Part shown: in pieces, positions 17,623-28,000 of the stretch
Numbering within the stretch: the first letter of the stretch is position 1
Layout of the letters: the number at the start of each line of letters is the position of its first letter
DNA from: a virus
Taxonomy: Duplodnaviria > Caudoviricetes
IMG/VR virus record: IMGVR_UViG_3300020471_000006
Coordinates: 32,001 to 96,000 of that record
Reading direction: 5' to 3' (one strand)
Length of the DNA: 64,000 nucleotides
Notes under the pieces: generated by a model
Seen by the model: only the letters and a program-made list of their open reading frames with translations
What the model was told of the DNA's origin: nothing
Databases searched by the model: none
Made by a program: the position numbers and the translations under genes

Positions 17623-18773
17623 TGCCTTTATCAGAAGTAAACAATAGAAGCGAAGAACTTCAGCAGAAGATGATCAAGGCTGGTCAGGCTGAAGAACAAG
17701 ATGTTACTATTGCTAGAGAGGTCACTGTTATATTTCAGAACAAACATTATGTTCTGAGAACTGATGGTGGTGACTTAGATGCTAGGAATAAACTAACAGG
17801 TCACGGATTTACTATCACACAGTCTGGTGATTTTGTCTATGTCTCTGGTCCTGGAGGCAAGGATAATCCTTGTGGTGGTAGGTTTATGGTAAACACCACT
17901 GGTGGTAAGTTAGAGAAGCATGGTGGACCTATTATTGTTGAAGCGAATGCAAATAAATCTAATGCTGTTGAGACAGATAATGAAGGTAGCACTGATGGGG
18001 TAGGAAGGTCAACAGTAATAAATGGTGATGACAATGAAGACATCACAGCTAATAAGAGAATTGATGCTCTTAATGTCACTATTGAAGCATCAGATCTATT
18101 AACTCTTATTGGTCACAATGGTATCAAATTACAAGCAGGACCAGAAGGTGGTGGTCCTATTACAATGCAAGCAGGTACAATAACACAGGTTGCTTCTAAT
18201 AAAGAAGAGTATGTTATAGGTCAGAAGATGGTTGTAGCATCTGAAAATACAGAACTCAACTACGATCCTAGAGGAACTAAAGCATTAATATCACCAGGTC
18301 ATCAGAGTATTAAGTATATGGGTGATGTCAAGCATCAGATTATGGGTGCTTATAGATTAGATGTTGCTGGTATTTCAACAGGTCCATTTGTTGTTGACAA
18401 GAAGACTGGTATTGCTATCAACACTAAGGCAGGAGATTTTAAACTTGGAACTGCTGCTGGTAGTATGCATATAAGTGCTACTGCTGGTGGTAAGATGCCT
18501 AGTTTAGATGGTGTTAAACCAGGAATGCTAACAATTAATTCAGCATTGGGTACTACTATCAAGTCTAGTACACCTCTTACATCTAAAGTAGTGATAGACA
18601 CTGGTTTTGTTGATATTAAAGCTGGTGCTAACGTTGATATAGATGCAGGTGCGAAGGGTACATACACTACTAAGACAGGTTTGGATCTCAAATCAAGTGC
18701 TGGACCAGTTAATATTGAGTCAGGTCCAGCAGCAAACGTAGTAATTAAGGGTAAAGTCATCAAACTCAATTAA
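17622..18773 (+). CDS. gp5 C-terminal beta-helix spike part
   Basis: TAATG coupling to gp5; Gly-rich short beta repeats ending IKGKVIKLN. Confidence 0.65.
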   Translation: MPLSEVNNRSEELQQKMIKAGQAEEQDVTIAREVTVIFQNKHYVLRTDGGDLDARNKLTGHGFTITQSGDFVYVSGPGGKDNPCGGRFMVNTTGGKLEKHGGPIIVEANANKSNAVETDNEGSTDGVGRSTVINGDDNEDITANKRIDALNVTIEASDLLTLIGHNGIKLQAGPEGGGPITMQAGTITQVASNKEEYVIGQKMVVASENTELNYDPRGTKALISPGHQSIKYMGDVKHQIMGAYRLDVAGISTGPFVVDKKTGIAINTKAGDFKLGTAAGSMHISATAGGKMPSLDGVKPGMLTINSALGTTIKSSTPLTSKVVIDTGFVDIKAGANVDIDAGAKGTYTTKTGLDLKSSAGPVNIESGPAANVVIKGKVIKLN

Positions 18774-18819
18774 AACTGTCACAAGGGGTTGACATTTATA
18801 TAAGTTCATGTTATAAATA
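18774..18819 (+). promoter_or_regulatory. Operator half-site, sigma70 promoter and overlapping late promoter
   Basis: AACTGTCAC (18774-82), TTGACA (18789-94), 17 nt, TG-n-TATAAA; TATAAATA at 18812-19. Confidence 0.8.
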
Positions 18820-18832
18820 ACTATACAACAAA

Positions 18833-18931
18833 ATCAGGCCCGAAACTATCGTACCCTGTGCTGATGTACTAACGTTCCCCATGTCGGGGGAATTATCATC
18901 CGCAGGGTCTTTTAGTATCCTTGCGAGACAC
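18833..18931 (+). ncRNA. Structured 5' leader of the porin-like gene (recalls the cyanophage manA-type motif; identity unverified)
   Basis: Stems CAGG/CCTG, GATG/CATC enclosing TTCCCC-atgtcg-GGGGAA, and CGCAGGG/CCTTGCG. Confidence 0.55.
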
Positions 18932-18943
18932 TACAATACAAAC

Positions 18944-19339
18944 ATGTCTATTAAATCAACAATCGCTGCCGTTGCAGCATCTCCATTCCTTCTCGCTGGT
19001 GCAGCTTTTGCTGGTCCATACGTGAATGTCGAATCAAATCTTTCATATCCTGATGGAGACTACTCTTCTGCTGCTACCGATATCCATATTGGATATGAGG
19101 GAGTAACAGGTGCTACTGGTAACATTGCTTACTATGTACAAGGTGGTCCTTCACTTAACCATTCTGAAACTACTGACGATACAGAAACAGAACTTTCTGG
19201 TAAAGTTGGTGCTTCTGTTCCTGTTAGCGAAGATCTTGCTCTTTACGGAGAAGTTTCTGGTGCTTCTAATGGTGAAGATACAGATGGCGACACAATCATT
19301 GATTGGGGTGCTAAGCTTGGTGCTAAGTTCACATTCTAA
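18944..19339 (+). CDS. Outer-membrane beta-barrel (porin-like) protein
   Basis: Signal peptide MSIKSTIAAVAASPFLLAGAAFA, alternating beta strands, terminal GAKFTF (C-terminal Phe). Confidence 0.8.
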   Translation: MSIKSTIAAVAASPFLLAGAAFAGPYVNVESNLSYPDGDYSSAATDIHIGYEGVTGATGNIAYYVQGGPSLNHSETTDDTETELSGKVGASVPVSEDLALYGEVSGASNGEDTDGDTIIDWGAKLGAKFTF

Positions 19340-19392
19340 TTGACTAATCAATTAAATGTGGTATAATGGAGGGGGAAACCCCTCCTTTTTTT
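19340..19392 (+). terminator. Terminator overlapped by a sigma70 promoter
   Basis: TTGACT (19340-45), 16 nt, TATAAT (19362-67), then GGAGGGG-gaaa-CCCCTCC-T7. Confidence 0.75.
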
Positions 19393-19845
19393 ATGTTAGA
19401 AGATTTTTGCGATAAACTAGAAGGATTCTATGATAATTGGAATCAAGCATGTAGAAACCCTGCTGTGTGGTCTCATGTTAAATTGCGGTGGAAACGTATA
19501 GGTGATCATGAGTTTGAATCAAAACAATGGTATGAATATCTTGGTGAGGAGAAAGCATACAGACATAAGTGGCATAAGGTATCTGAACAACAAGGTACGA
19601 TCATAGTACAGAATTGGACAGTTGATTGGAAAGATCATAATCATTGTTGTGATATGTTATTCTTTGAAGTTGGTGACTACTATGCTGGCAAGGTTAAGAC
19701 AGATGCTTGTATTGTTAATGGTGGTAGAGTAGTATCATTAGTTAAATTTGATGGTTCATACTATAAGAGTAGAGATCAAGGATGGAAAGATGATAAAGTA
19801 GTTTGGGGTAGTGACGTGATCTATAGATTTGATAAAATCGAATAA
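19393..19845 (+). CDS. cpeT: CpeT/CpcT-type phycobiliprotein lyase
   Basis: FCDKLEGFYDNWNQACRNPAVWSHV, CDMLF and SRDQGW; phage CpeT-like. Confidence 0.82.
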   Translation: MLEDFCDKLEGFYDNWNQACRNPAVWSHVKLRWKRIGDHEFESKQWYEYLGEEKAYRHKWHKVSEQQGTIIVQNWTVDWKDHNHCCDMLFFEVGDYYAGKVKTDACIVNGGRVVSLVKFDGSYYKSRDQGWKDDKVVWGSDVIYRFDKIE

Positions 19846-19869
19846 ATAGTGACGTGACGCTATTATGTA

Positions 19870-20160
19870 ATGGCATTTAAGGGATATGATTTAGCATCAA
19901 AATATGTTTATTTGTATTTTGATGAGGCTAGATCTTCGGTTGTTAGAATGTGGTTTATAAATGGAATGCCATTTACATTCGATTCTTTGGAGAAAGAAGA
20001 CTTAGAGAATCCATGGAATCAGGGTGAAGCAGCACTTAACCCAGAATTTACACTAGAACAAGTTGAAAAGGTCTCTAGTTATTTGATGGAAGAGGAACTA
20101 CATCCTCTTTTGTTTGAAGTACCTTTAGTTGGAAAATTACCAGATGATACCCTTTCGTGA
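19870..20160 (+). CDS. Hypothetical protein
   Basis: 96-aa ORF after ATAAATA late motif (19842-48). Confidence 0.65.
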   Translation: MAFKGYDLASKYVYLYFDEARSSVVRMWFINGMPFTFDSLEKEDLENPWNQGEAALNPEFTLEQVEKVSSYLMEEELHPLLFEVPLVGKLPDDTLS

Positions 20161-20560
20161 ATGCCTTATAGGTAAATTTGATAATCATAAACAAGCATTA
20201 CAATACCCTAGTAGATTTGCTAGAATACTAATTCATCACGAGGATATGGGTGATGGATGGATCTCTGGGTTCCAAGCATATTTCCATAACCCTAAACCCT
20301 ACAGGAAATATCGAATGTGGGTTACACCAATTGGGGAAAAATTTCTCGTACAAAATTTTGACTCAGAAGGTTTGACATACAAGGAAGGGTATGATACAAT
20401 ATTTGAGTGGAAGAATGACCATTGGCATGGTAAATCCCACGATAATGCACAATATACAGTTGATGCTATACTTGACAAAGACAGGTATTATGTGCTAGAT
20501 AAAGGTGACACTTGGGGTTCTCAATGGGGTCACTTTAAATTTGATAGATCGCCATCATAG
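20144..20560 (+). CDS. cpeT: Second CpeT/CpcT-like lyase
   Basis: FRECLIGKFDNHKQALQYPSRFARILIHH, PYR, WGS.WGHFKF. Confidence 0.72.
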   Translation: MIPFRECLIGKFDNHKQALQYPSRFARILIHHEDMGDGWISGFQAYFHNPKPYRKYRMWVTPIGEKFLVQNFDSEGLTYKEGYDTIFEWKNDHWHGKSHDNAQYTVDAILDKDRYYVLDKGDTWGSQWGHFKFDRSPS

Positions 20561-20622
20561 CACAGTGGTAGTGCAGGGCTTTTGTAAAGCCAAGGTCGGG
20601 GGTTCAAATCCCTCTGATGGCA
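20551..20622 (+). tRNA. tRNA-Thr (anticodon TGT), CCA not encoded
   Basis: GCCATCA/TGATGGC acceptor stem, AGTGGTA D loop, TT-TGT-AA anticodon loop, GGTTCAAATCC T arm. Confidence 0.92.
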
Positions 20623-20904
20623 TCCTCTTCTGAGGATAGGTGACGACACCTACATTCTGGACAGGGGTTCGATTCCCCTCATCTCCATTCAGGGGGATGC
20701 CACGGCTTCGACAGGGTATAAGGATCGGGACTGAAACCTGCTTGGATAAGCAAACCATATCTGCAAAAACAGATACACCTGCTGCGAATAACATCGTAGC
20801 ATTCTCACGTCCATTCAGCAAGGTTGCCAAGCGTGACCTCGTGGCTGTTTAGACCATAAGGTGAGATGGGGGTGAGGTTAGCCTTCTAACCCAAATAACC
20901 TACT
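20623..20904 (+). ncRNA. ssrA: Circularly permuted two-piece tmRNA
   Basis: T arm GGGGTTCGATTCCCC and acceptor 3' strand CATCTCC-A (20680-87) precede the 5' strand GGGGATG (20693-99) with G3.U70 pair and TTCGAC; tag frame ANNIVAFSRPFSKVAKRDLVAV* (20784-20852). Outer ends approximate. Confidence 0.88.
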
Positions 20905-20924
20905 GGGGGTGAGATACCCCCTTT
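20905..20924 (+). terminator. Intrinsic terminator after tmRNA
   Basis: GGGGGT-gagat-ACCCCC-TTT. Confidence 0.65.
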
Positions 20925-20929
20925 ATATT

Positions 20930-21475
20930 ATGCAAATATTAGATAATCTATTACCTAAAGAAGAATTTAAGAAAATTGAACATTTTCTAGTAGGTGGAGG
21001 TGGTCTTCCTTGGACTTACTTAAACTATAAAGTTTATGGACCAAATGAAGAGGATCTCGACAACTATCAGTTTGTTCATCCATTTTATTTTCAAGAATCT
21101 TGTAATGGACAATTTCAAACTGAAATATCTCCATATTTTGATTATGTCATACCTATTTTGAATAAACTTGAGTTTATTGCATTACATAGGGTGAAAGGAA
21201 ATCTAGAACCTTTAAAATCTAAAAGGTTTTATAGTGATTTTCATACTGATTGGGGTTATATGGAAGATGGCAAAAAACATGTATCTAATAATATGACAAC
21301 TGCTATCTACTATGTTAACACATGTGATGGTTATACTGAATTTGAAGACGGCACAAAAGTAAAGTGTAAGGCTAATAGGTTAGTAAAATTTCCATCTTCT
21401 ACTGAACATAGAGGTGTTAGTCAAACTAATAAACGTGTTAAATCTGTTATAAATTTAAACTTTTTTGAATTATGA
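20930..21475 (+). CDS. 2OG-Fe(II) oxygenase superfamily protein
   Basis: FHTD (HxD), TAIYYVNTCDGYTEF, EHRG, VINLNF. Confidence 0.82.
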   Translation: MQILDNLLPKEEFKKIEHFLVGGGGLPWTYLNYKVYGPNEEDLDNYQFVHPFYFQESCNGQFQTEISPYFDYVIPILNKLEFIALHRVKGNLEPLKSKRFYSDFHTDWGYMEDGKKHVSNNMTTAIYYVNTCDGYTEFEDGTKVKCKANRLVKFPSSTEHRGVSQTNKRVKSVINLNFFEL

Positions 21476-21621
21476 AACTTAAAAAGAGCGAAACCGTAAA
21501 AAAATCTTTCACAAAAAAAGACTCAAAAGGTCGTGAGGAAACATGGGAGTGGGAAGAAACTCCTGAAGTACGTAAAGCATTGGAGGTTTTACATGCCCAT
21601 AAAGGACAAACAGAAAAATAG
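21472..21621 (+). CDS. 49-aa hypothetical protein (not in ORF track)
   Basis: MKLKKSETVKKSFTKKDSKGREETWEWEETPEVRKALEVLHAHKGQTEK; ATGA overlap with the oxygenase stop. Confidence 0.55.
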   Translation: MKLKKSETVKKSFTKKDSKGREETWEWEETPEVRKALEVLHAHKGQTEK

Positions 21622-21946
21622 AGAATATCAACGTGAGTGGGCTAGAAAAAATGGTAAGACTAAAAGAGTGAACCAAAGAGGTCCAAAGAATAGGCAAAAG
21701 TTAGTTGATGATGCTAAGTCGAACCCTTGTGTCATTTGCAACATTCAGTATCCTATTCCAGTTATGGATCTGCATCATGCAGATAATAGCGAAAAGACAG
21801 TAAGTATAACTGGTCTTATTAGGACAGGTCCATATACAGATTTACAAAAAGAAGTTGATAAGTGTGTACCACTCTGTGCTAATTGTCACAGAATGGTTCA
21901 TGCTGGTCTTAGAGAGTTACCTGATTTGGTACTACTACCTTCATAG
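21593..21946 (+). CDS. HNH endonuclease with zinc-binding CxxC pairs
   Basis: CVIC...MDLHH...EVDKCVPLCANCHRMVH. Confidence 0.8.
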   Translation: MPIKDKQKNREYQREWARKNGKTKRVNQRGPKNRQKLVDDAKSNPCVICNIQYPIPVMDLHHADNSEKTVSITGLIRTGPYTDLQKEVDKCVPLCANCHRMVHAGLRELPDLVLLPS

Positions 21947-22028
21947 GGTTCAAATCTCATAATATAGTGGGTTAAAATCACATAAATGTGAATTCCTTAG
22001 AACCTAAGCGTAATCAAGGTTTTGCTTG

Positions 22029-22036
22029 TATAAATA
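22029..22036 (+). promoter_or_regulatory. T4-type late promoter
   Basis: TATAAATA 34 nt before the giant gene ATG. Confidence 0.75.
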
Positions 22037-22070
22037 AAACGAGCACAGACTAGATTCAGCTTGAGCAATT

Positions 22071-25000
22071 ATGGCATTGACAAGACTTGACAATCTTATT
22101 AGTTCTAAAACTGGTAAGTATTTGTACGTCTCACCTGACGATTTTAACGCAACGGATGAGATTAATAATAGAGGTAACTCCCCTATTAGACCGTTTAAAT
22201 CGATTCAGAGGGCATTTTTAGAGATTTCACGATTCTCTTATCAACCTGGTCCTGATAACGACAGGTTTGATCAATTCACCGTCATGGTGATGCCTGGTAA
22301 ACATTATGTTGATAATAGACCTGGTCTTGCTACTACTGACGGAATTGATGCTTTTGCGTTTGATCAAGCACTTAATCAATGGATTGATAATTCCAATTTA
22401 GACATTGGAGATCCTAATAACTGTCTGTACAAGTTTAATAACACTGAGGGTGGAGCCATAATCCCTCGTGGTTCATCTATTATTGGTTATGATTTACGTA
22501 GAACATCAGTTCATCCACTGTTTGTTCCCGATCCTGCTGACAGGTTAGAAGCTCGCTCTGCTATATTCAATGTTACTGGTGGTTGTTATTTCTGGCAGTT
22601 CACTATTAGAGATGGTGACCTAGAGCCTGCGTCACCATTATATGACAATTCAGAAGGAATTGGTAAAGTTTATTATCAAAATGGTGATTGGACTGCAAAA
22701 GCTGTACCAAACTTCTCTCACCACAAACTGACTGTTTTTGAGTATGCAGACAAAGAAGAATTAGGTCTGTACTACCAGAAAGTTGCTAAAGCATTTTCAC
22801 AATATCAACCAACAATTGATGATCCTCGTGAATTCGGTGATAGAATCGAAGAGACTAGAATTGTTGGTCCTCTATCAGACATTCGTTCTGTTGAGAGTAT
22901 TAAACTTACAGATTCAGCACCTGCTGGAACAATAACAGTTGAAGTAACATCCAAAGTTAATCATGGATACTTCAGGAACCAATTTGTTGCTATTGAGAAC
23001 AATGGTCTAGATGATCAGCTCAATGGTGTGTTCTCTATTTCTGAGATTGATTTAGTTGATCAACGTAAGTTCTCATATAATATACCAGGAACTGTTGGTG
23101 CTCTTGGAACTAGTGCATCTTTGATAAGTGGCACAACTTATACTGCATCAAATGGTTTAGATTCTAATGCTGTAGTTAAGGCAGAGGTTGACTCTGTTGA
23201 ATCTGCATCTCCATACGTCTTTAACTGCTCCATCCGTTCAACATGGGGTATTTGTGGTATCTGGGCAAATGGTTTGAAAACCACTGGTTTCAAATCAATG
23301 GTTATCGCTCAGTATACTGGTGTATCTCTACAGAAAGACGATAGAGCATTCATCAGATATGATGAGTACAGTAACACATTTAATCAAGCATCACTATCAG
23401 ATGCATTTGCTACTGTTCCATATCATACTAAAGGTGATGCATACTGGAAGGATGACTGGAGAAACTTCCACGTTCGTGCATCAGAAGACGCATTCATTCA
23501 GTGTGTTAGTATCTTCGCTGTTGGTTTCGCTGATCACTTCCTAATGGAAAGTGGTGGTGATATGAGTATCACCAACTCTAACAGTAACTTTGGTAATACA
23601 TCACTACATGCTATTGGTCATAAAGGATTTGCCTTTACACAGGATAAAGGTGGATATATTACAGATATTGTTCCTCCACAGGTTGTAGATACAACTACTG
23701 GAAATATCAAGAAGAATGCTTACTATACTATTGATATTCCAGCTACCAAAAATCTTAACAGTGCATCAGACCAGACTAAGATCTATCTTGGAGACGATGA
23801 AGCATTTAATCCAGAGACACGTGTTGCTGCATCTATTGATGGATTCCGTATAGGTGCTAGGTCAGATGAAAAGTTATATGTAAAATTAATTCCTAGATCT
23901 GCTGGAAGTAGTAATATTTTCGAGGCAACATTATCTCCTAATGGATTTAAGAAGTTTAATGCTACTGCAACTATTCTTAATCCTACTGGTATTACAATTA
24001 ACAATAAGGATCTAGATGCTGCTGACCTTATTGAAGCAAACAAAGAGTTTATTGCTTACGAGGCATACGGATATATTACTAATAAGTATCCATACCTCTT
24101 AGATAGAGAAGGTATTGATATTGTCAAGTGTCGTCGTGACATTGGATATTTGCTTGATGCTACTATTCAGGATTTAAGACTTGGTGGTAACATTAATACT
24201 ATTCAAGCTGGTGAATCATACTATGTTGGTAATAACTTATCATACATTACATCAGAACTTACTGAAACTCTAGAAGGTTACGACTACGCTAGAGATCTTG
24301 CTATTGCATCTATACGTAATTTCACATATCTACGTACTGGATCAGAGACAACTGCTGGATCTGCTATTGTTGATGTCGGTGACACAAGTGGTATCGTTCA
24401 AGGTATGACTGTTGCTGACTATGATCCTACTCAGTTTACAGACAACAAACTTAATTCTGGTGCTTCACGTCCTGCATCTCCAGTTATTCCTGATAACACA
24501 TATGTTAAGAGTGTTATCTCATCAACAGAGATTGAACTTGGACAGAAAGCAACATTCTCTAGTAAGAAGGTAATCTCTGATCGTAATGGTGACGCTAGAA
24601 ACCTATTACTTTCAAACAAACTATTCATTGCTGCTGAAGCATTTGATAGGATGGTATTGGATTTCCCATCTTATACTTCACCAACAGGATACGGTCCACA
24701 GGATTGTAGGGATGACTTAGTTGACATCGTTGAAGCAATTGCTGAGAATACTGCTTATGGTGGTAACGATGAAGTATGGGATGCTGCATATCATTATGAT
24801 AGTGGTGCAGTTCAGTATATTTCACAGAAGAAAGAAGAGACCATTCGTGCGATTGAATATGCCAGAGATATGTCTGTGCAGATCATGCGTAATGAGAAGT
24901 CATTCATCTTTGGTAGTCATGGTCTAACTCAAACATATGATAATACTGTCACTTATGAACCACCTGAAGTGGTTAATGACAGAAATGGTGACGCACGTAA

Positions 25001-28000
25001 TCTAATACTTGCTAACAAGCATTTGATTGCTGCTGAATCTGTAGAGAGAATGTTGGTTCGTTCTTCTACTGCTGAGTATACACCAACTGATGCTGAGTAT
25101 GATCCAGCAACAGGTGATTTGACTCTTGATGTTCAGAGTCATGGATTAACTGCTGCTAGTGCTATTACAGCTTCAGATGCAAATTATAATCCTGAAACTG
25201 GTTGGTTGACTATTACATCTAATGGTCATGGTTTAGCTGCTGGTAGTAAGGTTAAGATTGAAGATGAATCATTGACATTGACATGTTCAATGGATGGTGA
25301 TGCTTCTACTCATGTATATCCTAGACCATCTGATCCTATTAGTAATAAGTGGGTTGAAGTTGCTGAGGCAGACACAAATACATTCAGTATTGATGTAGGT
25401 AAGTCTCTATTAATTGGACATAATGTAACTGCTGCTGAATATGTTCCTGCTACTGGATTGTTAACTGCAACTATTCCAGGTCACCAGTTAAGTGAAGGGC
25501 AGAATGTAAGAGTTGAAGACGGAGCATTTACATTTACATGTGCTCAAGATAACTATGGCACACAACATGTTTATCCACGTTCAACTGATCCAGCATATCA
25601 AAGTTCTGTTAAGATTGTAGCAGATGGTTCCAAGCACACAGTTACTGGTGCTGGATACAACCCTGATAAGGGTACTATGGAATTCACCCTTACAAATCAT
25701 GGATTTAGTAATGGTGATAAGATAAGAATTGATGATAATGCATTAGTCTTTACTTGTGCAATGGATGCTAATGCTACTGAGCATTCATATCCACGTAAGT
25801 CTGACCCTATTAGTGGTAAGTGGGTTACTATTACAAACAAAACTAACAATACTTTTGAAGCACATGTTGGAACTACTGGTGCGGTAACATATGATCTTAC
25901 TAACGCACTTTATGATCCTGCAAGTGGTGAGTTAACAGTTAGTGTTGATGGAAACCATGACATTGATGTTGGTGAGAATATTAGATTTGCTGATAATGCA
26001 TTAACATTTACATGTGGTATGGATGGAAATAGTTCTAACCACACATATCCTCGTACAACTGACCCTGCGTATAATACTGGGTTAGAAGTTATAGGTGTTG
26101 GTGGTAACTATGATATTTCTAATGCTAACTACAACCCATCTACAGGTGTACTTGAGTTCACTGTTGCTAATCATGGATTGACAAATGGAGAACTCATTAA
26201 GATTGCCAACAACTCTCTAACATTCACATGTGGCATGGATAATAATGCTTCCGAGCATAAGTATCCACGTGCAACTGATCCTTATTCTGGTGATTGGTTA
26301 TCTGTCTATGATGTAGCACAGAATTCATTTAAAGTTCAGATTGCAGATGCTGGATCTAACGTAGAGTTTACACCAACTGATGCTTCTTATGACCCTGCAA
26401 CTGGTGACTTAGAACTTACTGTTGGTGCTCATAATCTATCTGTTGGTGATGGAATCGTCATGGATGACGGTGCTGTATCCTTCACTTGCACAATGGACAA
26501 CAACCAAGTTGCTCAGTCATATCCACGTGCAAACTTAGATAAAGCTTCTGGAAGATCTCTTCCAATTACCTCAGTTGATACAGGTAAGTTTACAATTAAT
26601 GTAGGTGCTGCTGGTTCTAATAAGAACTTAACTCCTACTGGTGCAACATACAATCAGAACAATGGTGAGATGGTTCTTACTGTTGGTCAGCATGGATTGC
26701 GTGTTGGTACTGATATTACATTAAAAGATAACTCATTAACATTCACTTGTGATAAAGATGGTGGTGCTACTCAGCATTCATATCCTAGACCTGGTACTGA
26801 CCCTTATGCTGGTAAGTCAATTGCTATTACAGCAGTTGGTTCTTCACAACATACAGCAACTAATGTTGCATACACACCTTCTAGTGGTGTTATGGTTGTT
26901 ACTGTTCCTAGTCATGGATTCTCACCAGGAGATTACATTCAGGTAGCAGATAATTCTATTACATTAACATGTGATTTAGATGGTAACGTAAGTCAGAAGA
27001 CATATCCACGTACTAACTTTGATTCACTAAGCAACAGGTGGGTTCCTATCCTATCAGCAAGCACTGATACCTTTACTATTAATGTTGGTTCTTCTACTGA
27101 TAATTCAGTACACACATTTGTATCTGCTTCTGCTAATGGTATCTTAAAGCAAGACGGAACACTAACAATTAATGTTGGTTTCGATGCTGATCCTGCTAAC
27201 AGATATGCTCACACATTTGTATCTGCTCTTACCGATGCTGTAGAATATAAGCCTCAGTCAGCACATACATTCGTATCTGCATTAACAAATTCAGTTAAGC
27301 ATCTACCACAGTCTGCTCATACATTTAAGAGAGCAGCTAACTATGCTATCTCCAAGAGAGGTGGTGACATCACAGTTAATGTTGGTAAGTCTCCTATTGT
27401 AGAGTTCACACCAACTAATGCTACCTATGATCCTAACACAGGATTGATGGAATTAACTATAGGTAGTCACAGTTTAACTGCTGGCACAAGTGTTAAGGTT
27501 GATCCTAATTCTCTCAAGTTTACTTGTGAGATGGATGGAAACTATAGTGTCAAGTCTTATCCTCGTGCTACTGACCCTGTAAATGATACTTCTATTGAAA
27601 TTACAGCAGCGTCAGCTACAACTATTACTATTAATGTTGGTCAATCTCCAATAGTAAGTCACAATGTTGATGATGGTTCATACAACCCTGCAACAGGTGA
27701 GATGACCTTGAAGATTGGAAACCATAGTCTAACTGTTGGTGAGTCAATCAAGATTGCTGATGGTGGTGTAACATTCAGTTGTACTTATGGTAATGTTCCA
27801 CATACCTTTATAACTGGTGCTGCTGGTGGTATTACTGCTGATGGTAGCACAGCATTGACAGCAGCTTCTGGAACAACATACGATCCTATCACAGGTGAAT
27901 TGGTTCTTGAAGTTGGAGCACATGCTTTGAATGCTGCTTCTACACATACAGTAACAGACGCAACATATAATGCTGCAACTGGTGCTATGGTTGTTACCAT

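Noticed and set aside
17613-17625. Frameshift joining the two gp5 parts
   Set aside because: Clean TAATG stop-start coupling and no slippery heptamer; two genes is the simpler reading.
13524-18769. Antisense ORFs 13524..14012, 17837..18079 and 18350..18769
   Set aside because: Mirror frames of well-supported structural genes.
20555-20852. ORFs 20640..20852 (+) and 20555..20830 (-)
   Set aside because: They are read-outs of the tRNA and tmRNA; only the last 22 codons of the + ORF (the tag) are meaningful.
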